In this document: piece after piece, positions 26,439-36,328 of the stretch
Layout of the letters: each line of letters opens with the position of its first letter
How positions within the stretch are numbered: position 1 is the stretch's first letter
NCBI GenBank assembly: GCA_963665655.1
Contig: OY762429.1
Coordinates: 2,224,503 to 2,288,502 of the forward strand
DNA length: 64,000 bases
Direction: 5' to 3'
DNA from: Terriglobia bacterium
Lineage (GTDB): Bacteria > Acidobacteriota > Terriglobia > Versatilivoradales > Versatilivoraceae
The notes under the pieces: model-generated
Told to the model about the DNA's origin: nothing
What the model saw: only the letters and a program-made list of their open reading frames with translations
The model's database searches: none
Translations under genes and position numbers: made by a program

Positions 26439-29048
26439 ATGCAACCCTCCACCCCCATGATGGCCCAGTACCATCAGATCAAGAAGTCGGTCCCCGGCGC
26501 CATTCTGTTCTTCCGGCTGGGCGACTTCTACGAGATGTTCTTCGACGATGCCGTCGTGGCCGCCCGCGAGCTGGAGATCACCCTGACCTCGCGCAACAAG
26601 GAAAAGGGGACCCCGATTCCCATGTGCGGGGTTCCCTACCACAGCGCGGACGCCTACGTCTCCAAGCTGATCCGCAAGGGCTACCGCGTGGCCGTGTGCG
26701 ATCAGGTCGAGAACCCCAAGACCGCCAGGAAGCTGGTGAAGCGGGAGGTGACCCGGGTGGTGACTCCCGGCACCCTGAGCGACGGCAATCTGCTGGAGCC
26801 TCGGGAGAACAACTTCCTGAGCGCCGTTTTCTCCGACGTCTCCGGACTGGGCCTGGCTTCGGTGGACGTTTCCACCGGCGATTTTCGAATCACCGAGTTT
26901 CGGGACGGCGCCCGGGAATCCATGCTGCAAACGGAACTGGAACGGCTGGGCCCCAAGGAACTGATCTGGTGCTCGCGGCTCAGCGACCAGAATCCTGCCT
27001 GGGCCCGAAACCTGTCGGCTCTCAAGACGGTGGTGGAGGAGTGGATCTTCGCCTCGGACTTTGCCCGGCGCCTGCTCGTGGATCATTTCAAGGTCGCCAG
27101 CCTGGATGGATTCGGCTGTCAGGGGCGGGACCTGGCGGTGGCCGCGGCCGGCGGAGCCCTGCACTACCTGCAGGAGACCCAGCGGGGCGAGTTGCTGCAC
27201 CTGGACAGCCTGCAATTCTACGAGCTGGACCAGTCGATGCTGCTGGACCAGTCCACGGTGAAGAACCTGGAGTTGCTGGAGTCTCTCTACGACGGTTCCC
27301 GCAACGGCACCCTGCTTCAATGCCTGGACGAGACCGCCACCGGAATGGGGGGACGTCTTCTCAAGACCTGGATGCTGCGGCCGGAAATCGACCTGAAAGA
27401 GATCGCGAGCCGCCAGGAGGCGGTGGCCGCGCTCACCGAAAACCTGGTCTTGAGGGAGGAGCTCAGGGAGCAGCTCAAGCAGGTCTACGACCTGGAACGG
27501 CTGGCCTCCAAGGTGGCCCTCTCCAGCGCCAACGCCAGGGACCTGATCGCGCTCAGGCAGTCGCTGGAACAGATCCCCGGAATCAAGCAGCGGCTGGAGC
27601 CGCTTGCCCCGGCCCGGCTCCGGAGCCTGGAGCAGGCCAGCGACCCCCTGGCCGACGTGGCGGCAAAGATCGGGGAGGCCCTCAACGACGATCCTCCGGT
27701 GGTTCTGACGGAAGGTCGGCTGATTCGGCCGGGGTTCAACCCGGAGCTGGACAGCTTGCGCAAGGACAGCTCCTCCGGGAAGCAGACCATCGCCGAGCTG
27801 GAGGCCGGAGAACGCGCCCGCACCGGTATCTCCAATCTGAAGGTCAAGTTCAACCAGGTCTTCGGCTACTACCTGGAGGTCTCCAAATCCAACCTGGGAC
27901 TGGTGCCCCCCGACTATGAGCGCAAGCAGACCCTGGTGGGAGCCGAGCGCTTCACCACCCCCCAACTGAAGGTGTACGAACGCCGGGTGCTGGGGGCCGA
28001 GGAGCGCCTGGTGGAGCTGGAGTATGAGCTCTTCTGCCGCCTCCGGGCCGCCGTGGGCCGGGAGTGCCGGCGCATCCGCAACACGGCCCGCGCCCTGGCC
28101 CAACTGGATTGCCTGGCGACCCTGGCCGGCGCCGCCCATCAGTTCGGTTACGTGAGACCCCGCCTCCACTCCGGCGAGGAGCTGGCGGTCAAAGGGGGGC
28201 GGCACCCGGTCATCGAGCGTCTGGCCGAGCAACTGCCCACCGGCCGGTTCATTCCCAACGACCTCTATCTGAATCAGGGCGCCGATCAGATCCTCATCAT
28301 CACCGGGCCCAACATGGGGGGCAAGTCCACCTATCTCCGCCAGGCGGCGCTCTTCTCGGTCATGGCCCAGATGGGCTCCTTCGTTCCGGCTCAGGAGGCC
28401 AAGCTGCCCGTCGTGGACCGGATCTTCACCCGAATCGGGGCCTCCGACAACCTGGCCCGGGGCAGGTCCACCTTCATGGTGGAGATGACCGAGACGGCCG
28501 TCATCCTGAACTCGGCCACGCCCAGGAGCCTGGTCATTCTGGACGAGGTGGGCCGCGGCACCGCCACCTTCGACGGACTCTCGATCGCCTGGTCGGTGGT
28601 CGAGCACCTCCACTCCCGCAACCAGGCCAAGACCCTCTTCGCCACCCACTACCACGAGCTGACCGAGCTGGCCCAGCTGCTGCCCAGAGTGAAGAACTAC
28701 CAGGTGACGGTCAAGGAGTCGGGCAACGAAATCGTATTTCTCAGGCGGGTCGAGCCCGGAAGCGCCGACAAGAGCTACGGCATCGAGGTGGCCCGGCTGG
28801 CGGGCCTGCCGCGGCCCGTGATCCAGCGGGCCCGGGAGATCCTGCGGGGGCATGAACAGGGGGAGCACCAGATCAGCAGCCATCTGACCCGGAACTACCA
28901 GCGCAGAAAGAACAACTCCGGCAAGCAGCTCAACCTGTTCGTGGTCACCGAGCACGAGGCGCTGGAGCAACTGCGCCGGATGGACCCCGACCGGATGACT
29001 CCCTTGCAGGCGCTGCAAGCCATCCACCGACTCAAGGAAAGCCTGTGA
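26439..29048 (+). CDS. mutS: DNA mismatch repair protein MutS
   Basis: MMAQYHQIKKSVPGAILFFRLGDFYEMFFDDA N-terminus, Walker A ITGPNMGGKSTYLRQ, an HTH-bearing C-terminus, 869 aa. Confidence 0.9.
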   Translation: MQPSTPMMAQYHQIKKSVPGAILFFRLGDFYEMFFDDAVVAARELEITLTSRNKEKGTPIPMCGVPYHSADAYVSKLIRKGYRVAVCDQVENPKTARKLVKREVTRVVTPGTLSDGNLLEPRENNFLSAVFSDVSGLGLASVDVSTGDFRITEFRDGARESMLQTELERLGPKELIWCSRLSDQNPAWARNLSALKTVVEEWIFASDFARRLLVDHFKVASLDGFGCQGRDLAVAAAGGALHYLQETQRGELLHLDSLQFYELDQSMLLDQSTVKNLELLESLYDGSRNGTLLQCLDETATGMGGRLLKTWMLRPEIDLKEIASRQEAVAALTENLVLREELREQLKQVYDLERLASKVALSSANARDLIALRQSLEQIPGIKQRLEPLAPARLRSLEQASDPLADVAAKIGEALNDDPPVVLTEGRLIRPGFNPELDSLRKDSSSGKQTIAELEAGERARTGISNLKVKFNQVFGYYLEVSKSNLGLVPPDYERKQTLVGAERFTTPQLKVYERRVLGAEERLVELEYELFCRLRAAVGRECRRIRNTARALAQLDCLATLAGAAHQFGYVRPRLHSGEELAVKGGRHPVIERLAEQLPTGRFIPNDLYLNQGADQILIITGPNMGGKSTYLRQAALFSVMAQMGSFVPAQEAKLPVVDRIFTRIGASDNLARGRSTFMVEMTETAVILNSATPRSLVILDEVGRGTATFDGLSIAWSVVEHLHSRNQAKTLFATHYHELTELAQLLPRVKNYQVTVKESGNEIVFLRRVEPGSADKSYGIEVARLAGLPRPVIQRAREILRGHEQGEHQISSHLTRNYQRRKNNSGKQLNLFVVTEHEALEQLRRMDPDRMTPLQALQAIHRLKESL

Positions 29049-29050
29049 TG

Positions 29051-29246
29051 AGTGGATAGTGATCAGTGGCCAGCCCAGCCCCCGCCCCACAAGACGGGGC
29101 GGATCATGCAGGGTGAAACCGGGGAGGTTTCAGGCAAGTGGATAGTGACTTGATCGACACGTTAACCCGCATTTCTGAAGCACTCCTGTTTCACAGGGTA
29201 TGATCCGCCGGGCAGGTGGGGGCTCGGCTGACCACTGATCACCAGC
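29051..29246. repeat. Intergenic repeat cluster between mutS and anmK: a 22-bp imperfect inverted repeat (29058-29080 vs 29221-29243) plus a 12-bp direct repeat AGTGGATAGTGA (29051 and 29137)
   Basis: Read directly: GTGATCAGTGGCCAGCCCAGCC against the reverse complement of GGCTCGGCTGACCACTGATCACC (2 mismatches), and AGTGGATAGTGA twice. Confidence 0.5.
29082..29103 (+). terminator. Possible stem-loop terminator after mutS (CCGCCCC-acaagac-GGGGCGG), no U-tract
   Basis: 7-bp GC-rich stem with a 7-nt loop, 33 nt after the mutS stop. There is no following T-run, so this may be only a structural element. Confidence 0.3.
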
Positions 29247-29268
29247 CACTAAACCAGGCGTTGGCCCC

Positions 29269-30456
29269 ATGAAAAACTCCAGGCTGGTGGTCGGCCTCAT
29301 GTCGGGAACTTCGCTGGACGGCGTGGATGCCGCCCTGGTGCGGATTGTCCGGTCGGAGCCGGACTGCTCCGTTCAACTGAAGCATTTCATTACCAATCCC
29401 TATCCGGAAGAGGTCCGACAGGCGCTTTTGAGGGTCGCTTCCGGCCAGACGGTTCCGGCCGGCTTCATCAGCCACCTGGGGATCCTGCTGGGCCGCCTCT
29501 ACGCGGAAGCGGTCAAGGACCTGTGCCTGGCCAACGGGGTCCCCCTCGACCGGCTGGATCTGATCGGGTCCCACGGCCAGACGGTTTTCCACCAATCCGA
29601 ACCCGGCGACTTCTGCGGCCGGCCAGTCGCCTCCACCCTGCAGATCGGAGAGGCGGCCGTGCTGGTGGAGGAGACGGGAGTGACCACCGTTTCCGACTTT
29701 CGTCCCGGCGACATGGCGGCCGGAGGGACCGGGGCTCCGCTCATTCCGCTGGTGGATTTTCTGCTGTTCCGGGATCCCCGACGGGGACGGGTGCTGCTGA
29801 ACCTGGGCGGCATCGCCAACCTCACTCTGCTGCCCCCGGCATGCCGCATCGACGAGATCGTCGCCTTCGACAGCGGACCCGGCAACATGGTGATCGACGC
29901 CCTGGTCCGGCGCCTGGGCGCCAATCCCCGGGGGTTTGACGCGGGCGGCTGCCTGGCGCTGGCGGGCAGGCCCATCCCGGCCCTGCTGGAATCCCTGCTG
30001 GCCGATCCCTACTTTGGCCGCAAGCCTCCCAAGTCGGCGGGGCGGGAACAGTTCGGCGAGGCCTTTGTGGAACGGATCTTGGCGGCGGCGTCCGGCGCCC
30101 CGGACCTGGTCTGCACCGCGGCCGAGTTGACAGCCCGCACCGTCGGCGACGCCGTGCTGGGCTACACCGAGGCTTCCGAGGGCTGGGACCGGGTGCTGGT
30201 TTCCGGCGGGGGCGTCCACAACGCCTACCTGATGCGGCGCCTGCAAGAACTCCTGCCCCACCTGAAGGTGGCGCCCACCGACTCCCTGGGGGTTCCCGCC
30301 GATGCCAAGGAGGCCATCGGATTCGCGGTTCTGGCCAATGAGACCCTGGAGCTGGCTGCCGGAAACGTTCCCTCGGCTACCGGCGCCCGCCATCCGGCAA
30401 TCCTGGGGAAGGTCACTTACGGGCGGAACTACGGTCGGCTGAGAGGGATCTCCTGA
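29269..30456 (+). CDS. anmK: Anhydro-N-acetylmuramic acid kinase
   Basis: The N-terminus LVVGLMSGTSLDGVDAALV is the AnmK signature. 395 aa. Confidence 0.85.
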   Translation: MKNSRLVVGLMSGTSLDGVDAALVRIVRSEPDCSVQLKHFITNPYPEEVRQALLRVASGQTVPAGFISHLGILLGRLYAEAVKDLCLANGVPLDRLDLIGSHGQTVFHQSEPGDFCGRPVASTLQIGEAAVLVEETGVTTVSDFRPGDMAAGGTGAPLIPLVDFLLFRDPRRGRVLLNLGGIANLTLLPPACRIDEIVAFDSGPGNMVIDALVRRLGANPRGFDAGGCLALAGRPIPALLESLLADPYFGRKPPKSAGREQFGEAFVERILAAASGAPDLVCTAAELTARTVGDAVLGYTEASEGWDRVLVSGGGVHNAYLMRRLQELLPHLKVAPTDSLGVPADAKEAIGFAVLANETLELAAGNVPSATGARHPAILGKVTYGRNYGRLRGIS

Positions 30457-30486
30457 AGCCGCGCGGACGGAGCCAAGGCCTGCAGG

Positions 30487-31332
30487 TCAGGGGGCGAGCC
30501 AGGTGTTGTCGATCAGGCGGGTGGTCCCGATGAAGGCGGCCAGGGCCAGCAGCGATTCCCCTTCGAGCCGATCCACCGGCTCCAGCTCGACCGGGTCCAC
30601 GACGGCGGCATAGTCGACTCGGACCCGAGCCTCGCCGGCCAGGCAGCGCCGAACCCCAGCCAGCAGCGCCGGCGCCCGGCGTTCTCCCCGGGCCACCTCC
30701 CGCTTGGCCCATTCCAGGGACCGGAACAGGATCGGAGCAGCCTTTCTCTCTTCACGACTCAGGTACCGGTTTCGGGAACTGACCGCCAGGCCGTCTTCTT
30801 CCCGGACCGTCGGACAGACCACCACCTCGATGTCCAGGTCCAGGTCCCGGACCATTCGTCGAATCAGGATGGACTGCTGGCCATCCTTCTGTCCGAAGAA
30901 AGCCGCCCGCGGGCGCACCAGGTGGAAGAGCTTGAGCACCACCGTGGCCACCCCCTGGAAGTGGGTGGGGCGGCTGCGGCCGCACAGCTTCCGGCCCAGC
31001 CCCTCCACCAGGACCTGGGTGCGGTGGCCCTCCGGGTACATCTCGCCGGCCTCGGGAACCAGGACTGTTCCGACGCCCAGCCGCTCCAGCGCCTTCAAGT
31101 CGCGTTCGAGAGGCCGGGGATAGCGCTCGAAGTCTTCTCCCGGAGCGAACTGGGTGGGATTGACGAAGATGGAAACCACCACCCGGTCGGACCTTTTGCG
31201 GGCCGCTTCGACCAGGCTGAGGTGGCCGGCGTGAAGGGCCCCCATGGTGGGCACCAGGCAGACTTCCGGGCCTTGATCCGGCCAGCTCCGGCGGAGGCAC
31301 CTGAAGGCCTCCAGCGATCGAACCACGTCCAT
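30487..31332 (-). CDS. panC: Pantoate--beta-alanine ligase
   Basis: PTMGALHAGHLSLV HIGH-like motif of PanC, 281 aa, adjacent to panB. Confidence 0.85.
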   Translation of the reverse strand: MDVVRSLEAFRCLRRSWPDQGPEVCLVPTMGALHAGHLSLVEAARKRSDRVVVSIFVNPTQFAPGEDFERYPRPLERDLKALERLGVGTVLVPEAGEMYPEGHRTQVLVEGLGRKLCGRSRPTHFQGVATVVLKLFHLVRPRAAFFGQKDGQQSILIRRMVRDLDLDIEVVVCPTVREEDGLAVSSRNRYLSREERKAAPILFRSLEWAKREVARGERRAPALLAGVRRCLAGEARVRVDYAAVVDPVELEPVDRLEGESLLALAAFIGTTRLIDNTWLAP

Positions 31333-31333
31333 C

Positions 31334-32194
31334 CTAGCGTTTCAGCGCCTCTTCCAACCGGGGGAACTCGGCTGGATAGTAGGTCTCCTTGCGGGAGGGG
31401 AACTCTCCTGAGAGGCAGTCGCTGATGTACTGGCGGGTGGCTTGGGAGAGGATTTCCCTGAGATCGACGTACTGCCTGACAAACTTGGGTTTTCGTGAGA
31501 AGGACAGGCCGAAGAGGTCGTCGCAGACCAGGATCTGCCCGTCGCAGTGGGGTCCGGCACCGATGCCGATGGTGGGAATTCTCAGTTCCTGGGTAACCTG
31601 AAAGGCCAGAGCCTCGGGCACGCCCTCCAGCACCACGGCGAAGGCGCCGGCTTCCTGCAAAGCCAGGGCATCCGCCATCACCGCCTCCGCCGACTCGGGG
31701 CTCTTGCCCTGCACCCGGTATCCCCCCATCACATGCAGGGACTGGGGTGTCAGCCCCACGTGCCCCATGACCGGAATTTCAGCTCGCACCAGCTTCCTGA
31801 CCAGGCGGCTTCGCTTGGCTCCGCCTTCGATCTTCACCGCCTCGGCGCCCGCCTTGACGAACTTCAAGGCGGCCTGGAGGGCTTCCTTGCTGCTCAGGTG
31901 ATAGGAACCGTAGGGCAGATCGGCGACCAGCAGGGCTCGCTGCAGCCCCCGGCGAACGGCTTCGAGGTGCGCCAGGAGATCCTTGACCCTCAGAGGCAGG
32001 GTCGAATCGTGACCCAGGCGGGTGGTGGCCAGAGAGTCTCCCACCAGCACCAGATCAATGCCCGCCTGATCCAGGATACGGGCAAAGGGGTAGTCATAGG
32101 CGGTCAGACAGACGATCCTGCCGCCCTTGTGCTTGCGACTGAGGAGGTTGGGTACGGTGACCTTGTCGGTCCGAGGGGGAGGGGTAGCGCTCAT
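31334..32194 (-). CDS. panB: 3-methyl-2-oxobutanoate hydroxymethyltransferase
   Basis: KHKGGRIVCLTAYDYPFARILDQAGIDLVLVGDSL matches the PanB N-terminal core. 286 aa. Confidence 0.85.
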   Translation of the reverse strand: MSATPPPRTDKVTVPNLLSRKHKGGRIVCLTAYDYPFARILDQAGIDLVLVGDSLATTRLGHDSTLPLRVKDLLAHLEAVRRGLQRALLVADLPYGSYHLSSKEALQAALKFVKAGAEAVKIEGGAKRSRLVRKLVRAEIPVMGHVGLTPQSLHVMGGYRVQGKSPESAEAVMADALALQEAGAFAVVLEGVPEALAFQVTQELRIPTIGIGAGPHCDGQILVCDDLFGLSFSRKPKFVRQYVDLREILSQATRQYISDCLSGEFPSRKETYYPAEFPRLEEALKR

Positions 32195-32301
32195 TCGATA
32201 CGCTCCTTGTCATCGGGATTGAATGCTTGCATGGGGCCTGAAGGCCCGGAGGGCGTCCCGGTCAGAGCACTGATCCAGGCGCCGGCGATAGCCTAACAAA
32301 T

Positions 32302-32844
32302 TCACGCCAATCGGACAACCTGGGCCGGGTCCCGGCAGCGCTCCAGCAAACCGGCCACCGACAGGCCGAGGCGCGGGTGCTTCCACCCGGCGGCGACCTC
32401 TGACGCCGGCGTCAGGGCAAACCGCCTGAGGTGGAATCGGGGGTGGGGGATGGTCAGCTTGCGGTCGCTGAGAACCCGGTCGGCGTAGAGCAGGATGTCG
32501 ACGTCAATGGTGCGGGGGCCCTTGGGCAGCCGGCGCTGCCGGCCGTGCACCTCTTCCACCCCCAGGCAGCGGGCCAGCAGGCCGTAGGGCGATAGCCGGG
32601 TGCGGACCAGCAGGGCCTGGTTGAGAAACCAGGGCTGGTCGGGAAAGTCCACCGGCTCGGTGAGATAGAGGGAGGAGGTTTGGACGATTTCCAGTCGGGA
32701 TGATGCGAGATCCCCAATGGCGCGTTGCAGCTGGGAACGCCGGTCGCCGACATTGGAACCGAGACCCAGGACCGCCAGCGAGGCCGCTTCCCGGGTTCCG
32801 GCGCCGCGATTCCGCATGGTCGGGTTCCATTTGCAGACTGCCAC
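32302..32844 (-). CDS. folK: 2-amino-4-hydroxy-6-hydroxymethyldihydropteridine pyrophosphokinase
   Basis: LGLGSNVGDR and PRTIDVDIL motifs typical of HPPK. 180 aa; the N-terminal ~20 aa may be an extension. Confidence 0.8.
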   Translation of the reverse strand: MAVCKWNPTMRNRGAGTREAASLAVLGLGSNVGDRRSQLQRAIGDLASSRLEIVQTSSLYLTEPVDFPDQPWFLNQALLVRTRLSPYGLLARCLGVEEVHGRQRRLPKGPRTIDVDILLYADRVLSDRKLTIPHPRFHLRRFALTPASEVAAGWKHPRLGLSVAGLLERCRDPAQVVRLA

Positions 32845-33051
32845 TCACCGCGACGCGACCGTTTTACCTGTTATCTCTGTGCCTCGACGAAGGCGCTCCA
32901 GTACGTCCGCGGCAAGGTAGTAGTCCTCCATATCCTCAAGGCCACGCTCAATCAACTCACGCAGGTAGAAGGCCTTGGTGCGCCCGGTCTGCGAGGCCAG
33001 AAAATCAAGCCGTTGCTCCGTTTCAGGAGCAAGTCGAACCGAAGTCGGCAT
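32845..33051 (-). CDS. Ribbon-helix-helix protein (CopG/ParD-like), orphan
   Basis: 68 aa: MPTSVRLAPETEQRLDFLASQTGRTKAFYLRELIERGLEDMEDYY has the RHH beta-strand plus two helices pattern. No adjacent toxin ORF; it abuts the folK start. Confidence 0.45.
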   Translation of the reverse strand: MPTSVRLAPETEQRLDFLASQTGRTKAFYLRELIERGLEDMEDYYLAADVLERLRRGTEITGKTVASR

Positions 33052-33144
33052 GTCGCTGGTCCTCCGTAGTCCTCTGAATATATGTATTCATCGTATCACA
33101 CCCTTGAGATAAGACGGCTGACCAGGACGCATCAGGGTTGCCCG

Positions 33145-34164
33145 TCACAGCAGGCTGAGTTGGCCGGGGGTGGGGGTCAGACCGAAGTGTTCGTAGGCCA
33201 GCTTGGTGGCCATCCGGCCTCGCGGAGTGCGTTGCAGCAGGCCACGCTGAATCAGATAGGGTTCGTAGATGTCCTCGATGGCGTCCACTTCCTCGCTGAT
33301 GGCAGCCGCCAGGGTGGCCACCCCCACCGGTCCGCCGGAGAATTTCTCGATGATGGTCTTGATCAGCTTCTTGTCGTTCTCGTCAAAGCCGGTGTCGTCG
33401 ATGGCCAGCAGGGCCAGGCTTTGGCGGGCCACTTCCCGGTTGATGAACCCGTCGGCCTTCACCTGGGCGTAGTCGCGGACCCTTCGCAGCAGGCGGTTGG
33501 CCACCCGGGGCGTGCCGCGCGAGCGGACGGCGATCTCCCTGGTTCCCGCCGCGTCGATCCGGATGCCCAGGATTTCGGCCGAGCGTCTCACGATCACCCC
33601 CAGCTCCTCCTCGTTGTAGTAGTCCAGCCGGTGCACGATGCCGAAGCGGGACCTCAGCGGAGAGGAGATCAACCCCGCTCGGGTGGTGGCGCCCACCAGA
33701 GTGAACGGAGGCAGATTGAGCGCCACGCTTCTGGCGCTGGGTCCCTGGCCGATGATCAGGTCCAGCTTGAAATCCTCCAGGGCCGGATAGAGGATCTCCT
33801 CGATGTGAGGCAAGAGGCGGTGAATCTCGTCGATGAACAGAACGTCGTTGGCCTGGAGATTGGTGAGAATGGCCGTCAGATCTCCCTTGATCTGAATGAT
33901 GGGACCGGTGGTGGTCTTCAGACTCACTCCCAGCTCGTTGGCGATGACGCCGGCCAGGGTCGTCTTCCCCAGGCCGGGCGGACCGTAGAGCAGCACGTGG
34001 TCCAGGGCTTCGCCCCGCGAGCGGGCCGCCGCCACCGAAATCTCCAGGTTCTGCTTGACCTGGGTCTGGCCGATATACTCCTGCAGAACCTTGGGGCGCA
34101 AGCTGAGCTCGAAGCTCTGCTCCTCCTCGAAGGGAGCCCCGGAAATGATTCGATCCTGGTCCAT
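33145..34164 (-). CDS. ruvB: Holliday junction branch migration ATPase RuvB
   Basis: [18 protein letters not shown] Walker A, the sensor and arginine-finger region, and a winged-helix C-terminus. 339 aa. Confidence 0.9.
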   Translation of the reverse strand: MDQDRIISGAPFEEEQSFELSLRPKVLQEYIGQTQVKQNLEISVAAARSRGEALDHVLLYGPPGLGKTTLAGVIANELGVSLKTTTGPIIQIKGDLTAILTNLQANDVLFIDEIHRLLPHIEEILYPALEDFKLDLIIGQGPSARSVALNLPPFTLVGATTRAGLISSPLRSRFGIVHRLDYYNEEELGVIVRRSAEILGIRIDAAGTREIAVRSRGTPRVANRLLRRVRDYAQVKADGFINREVARQSLALLAIDDTGFDENDKKLIKTIIEKFSGGPVGVATLAAAISEEVDAIEDIYEPYLIQRGLLQRTPRGRMATKLAYEHFGLTPTPGQLSLL

Positions 34165-34500
34165 AAAGAGACTGGGGAGGGTGAGAAAGGGAGACTAGCC
34201 CCAACGGTAGCACAAAGATCGAAAGGCATTCAACCGGAGGCCGCGGCCGGCCAGGGTGATCCCACGCTACCAGACTTGAGGTGACATGTACGTCAGAGCG
34301 CCCGAATTACGCCCATTTCCCATACACAAACCGCTTGCAAATCACCCAAATCGACCAAAATCAGCCCTCCCGCAGAGAAAAAAACTGGCGTGAGAGCCTT
34401 TTGCAAAATTCCTCAGGCAACGGTTTCATGGAGGCTCGGAACAGGTTTTGGGATAGTCCTGGCGTCCGGCTAAGTGGGTGCCGTATAGGCGGGGGCCCGC

Positions 34501-35109
34501 CTAACTTCGCTTCGGCCGGGAGAGCACCTTCAAGGCCGCCTTGATCAGCAGCTCCATGCTTCCCTCTGCCGGGGCCTCCCGGGCGGCTTCCTGAAAAGCC
34601 CTCAGGGCCGAGGCTTTGGGGTAACCCAGGTTCACCAGGGCCGAGACCACATCCTCCTGCAGGGAAGGCGGTCCCGGCGACTGCGGGCGGGGCTCATCCG
34701 GGGCAGTCCGGGCCAGCTTGTCCCTGAGCTCCACCACCAGCCGCTCGGCTGTCTTCTTCCCCACCCCCGGGATCAGGCACAGCCGGGTCGCGTTGCTCTG
34801 GCGGATGGCCGGGATCAGCTCCTCCACGCTCATCCCCGAAAGAATGGTCAGGGCCAGCCGGGGACCAACGCCCGAAACGGAGGTCAGGTGCTCAAAGGCC
34901 GACTTCTCCTCCTGGCTCTTGAAACCGAAGAGCTGGAGAGTGTCCTCGCGAACGTGGGTGTGGATGCGAAGCTGAACCGGGGACCCGAGCTCGCCTGCCT
35001 CGTAAAAGGTGGAGAGGGGGACGTGGACTTCGTAGCCTACGCCGTTGACGTCGATGACAACCTGTTGGGGTTCCTTGGAAAGAAGCGTGCCCGAGAGGTG
35101 AGCGATCAT
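34501..35109 (-). CDS. ruvA: Holliday junction DNA-binding protein RuvA
   Basis: MIAHLSGTLLSK...VIDVNGVGYEVHVP N-terminus and HhH motifs (GVGPRLALTIL; IPGVGKKTAERL). 202 aa. Confidence 0.85.
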   Translation of the reverse strand: MIAHLSGTLLSKEPQQVVIDVNGVGYEVHVPLSTFYEAGELGSPVQLRIHTHVREDTLQLFGFKSQEEKSAFEHLTSVSGVGPRLALTILSGMSVEELIPAIRQSNATRLCLIPGVGKKTAERLVVELRDKLARTAPDEPRPQSPGPPSLQEDVVSALVNLGYPKASALRAFQEAAREAPAEGSMELLIKAALKVLSRPKRS

Positions 35110-35133
35110 GGGCAGAGGTCCGGGAAACCCGGG

Positions 35134-35406
35134 CTATTCCGACAGATGCACCTGATCGATGACACCGACCACGGCCATGTCGATCGGAGAGTAGGGTTTC
35201 CCCACCGATGTCATGGCCGACCACCCTTCCTGGGCGACCAGCACGTCGTCCCCCACCCCGGCATCCACCGCATCCACCGCCAGGTAGGGCGAGCCCCGCT
35301 CGCTTCCGTCCAGGTTGAGCATCTGGACGCACAGAATCTTCTGTCCCTCGTGGGAGGGGTGCTTGCGGGTGGCGACGACTTCGCCGATGACTTTGCCAAT
35401 CAGCAT
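35134..35406 (-). CDS. Bacterial microcompartment vertex (pentamer) protein, EutN/CcmL/PduN family (BMC-P), copy 3
   Basis: 90 aa with MLIGKVIGEVVATRK...AVDAVDAGVGD...AVVGVID, the EutN/CcmL pattern. One of three tandem paralogs. Confidence 0.7.
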   Translation of the reverse strand: MLIGKVIGEVVATRKHPSHEGQKILCVQMLNLDGSERGSPYLAVDAVDAGVGDDVLVAQEGWSAMTSVGKPYSPIDMAVVGVIDQVHLSE

Positions 35407-35431
35407 GGTGGCCGGACCGCCGCTTCAGGAA

Positions 35432-35701
35432 TCAATCGATGGTTACCGAGTCGACGATGCCGACGACGGCGCATTCCGTCGGCACGGCATGATGGGGATG
35501 CCAGGCCAGGGAAGCTTCCCGGCCGCGGCACCAGTAGATGGTCTCTCCTGCGCCCGCGCCGACCGCGTCCACTCCGACCAGGGTCCTGCCCCGGTCTCGT
35601 CCCTGCTTGTCCAGGGGCTGAATCAGGAGCAGCGTCTTGCCCTCGAGCGCGTCGTCCTTGCGGGTGGCCACCACTTGTCCGACCACGCGACCCAGTTGCA
35701 T
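35432..35701 (-). CDS. Bacterial microcompartment vertex protein (BMC-P), copy 2
   Basis: 89 aa with MQLGRVVGQVVATRKD...GVDAVGAGAGE...AVVGIVDSV. Confidence 0.7.
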   Translation of the reverse strand: MQLGRVVGQVVATRKDDALEGKTLLLIQPLDKQGRDRGRTLVGVDAVGAGAGETIYWCRGREASLAWHPHHAVPTECAVVGIVDSVTID

Positions 35702-35714
35702 GGCGGGGCTCCTC

Positions 35715-35984
35715 CTAGCTGTTCACTTCCACGGAGTCGACAATGCCGACGATGGCCGTGTCCACCGGACAATCCCTGCACCCCCCCGCCATGCGGGCGG
35801 AACTCCCGGAGACCAGCAGCACTTTTTCCTTGAAACCGGCGCTCACGGTATCCACGGCAACCAGGTAACCGGCCTGATCCTTGCCGGAGGGATCGATGGT
35901 CCGGACGACAAGCAGCTTCTTGCCCTCCAGACGCGGGTCCTTGCGGGTGGCGACAACAGTTCCAACAACCCGACCTAAAAGCAT
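35715..35984 (-). CDS. Bacterial microcompartment vertex protein (BMC-P), copy 1
   Basis: 89 aa with MLLGRVVGTVVATRKD...AVDTVSAGF...AIVGIVDSV. Confidence 0.7.
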   Translation of the reverse strand: MLLGRVVGTVVATRKDPRLEGKKLLVVRTIDPSGKDQAGYLVAVDTVSAGFKEKVLLVSGSSARMAGGCRDCPVDTAIVGIVDSVEVNS

Positions 35985-36043
35985 GGGGCACCCTCAGGGA
36001 CTGGGCCGCTGGTCCCGGCCCGGCCCTCCTCAACCGAATCGGG

Positions 36044-36328
36044 CTATGCCCCCGCTTTGCCGATAGGGAGGACTTCCTCCAGGTTGGCATGGGGCCTGGG
36101 GATCACGTGAACGCTGATCAGTTCGCCGACCCTCCGAGCAGCGGCGGCCCCGGCGTCGGTGGCCGCCTTGACCGCGGCCACGTCCCCGCGCACGATGGAA
36201 GTCACGTACCCGGACCCGATCTTCTCCCACCCCACCAGGGTCACCTTGGCTGCCTTGACCATGGCGTCCGACGCCTCAATCATGGCCACCAGCCCGCGCG
36301 TCTCGATCATTCCTAGAGCTTCACCCAT
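36044..36328 (-). CDS. Bacterial microcompartment hexameric shell protein (BMC-H, PduA/EutM/CcmK family)
   Basis: [26 protein letters not shown]...[19 protein letters not shown]...HVIPRPH is the canonical BMC domain. Start placed at the internal Met MGEALGM; the ORF extends to 36361. Confidence 0.75.
   Translation of the reverse strand: MGEALGMIETRGLVAMIEASDAMVKAAKVTLVGWEKIGSGYVTSIVRGDVAAVKAATDAGAAAARRVGELISVHVIPRPHANLEEVLPIGKAGA

Noticed and set aside
26424-29090. 888-aa ORF on the minus strand
   Set aside because: It is entirely antisense to mutS. High-GC genomes generate long stop-free antisense frames. The translation is low-complexity (G/P/A/R-rich) with no motifs.
33082-34284. 400-aa plus-strand ORF
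   Set aside because: It is antisense to ruvB.
34165-34500. Possible terminator palindrome AGGCGGGGGCCCGCCT just after ruvA
   Set aside because: The loop is too short and there is no U-tract. It is more likely an incidental GC palindrome.
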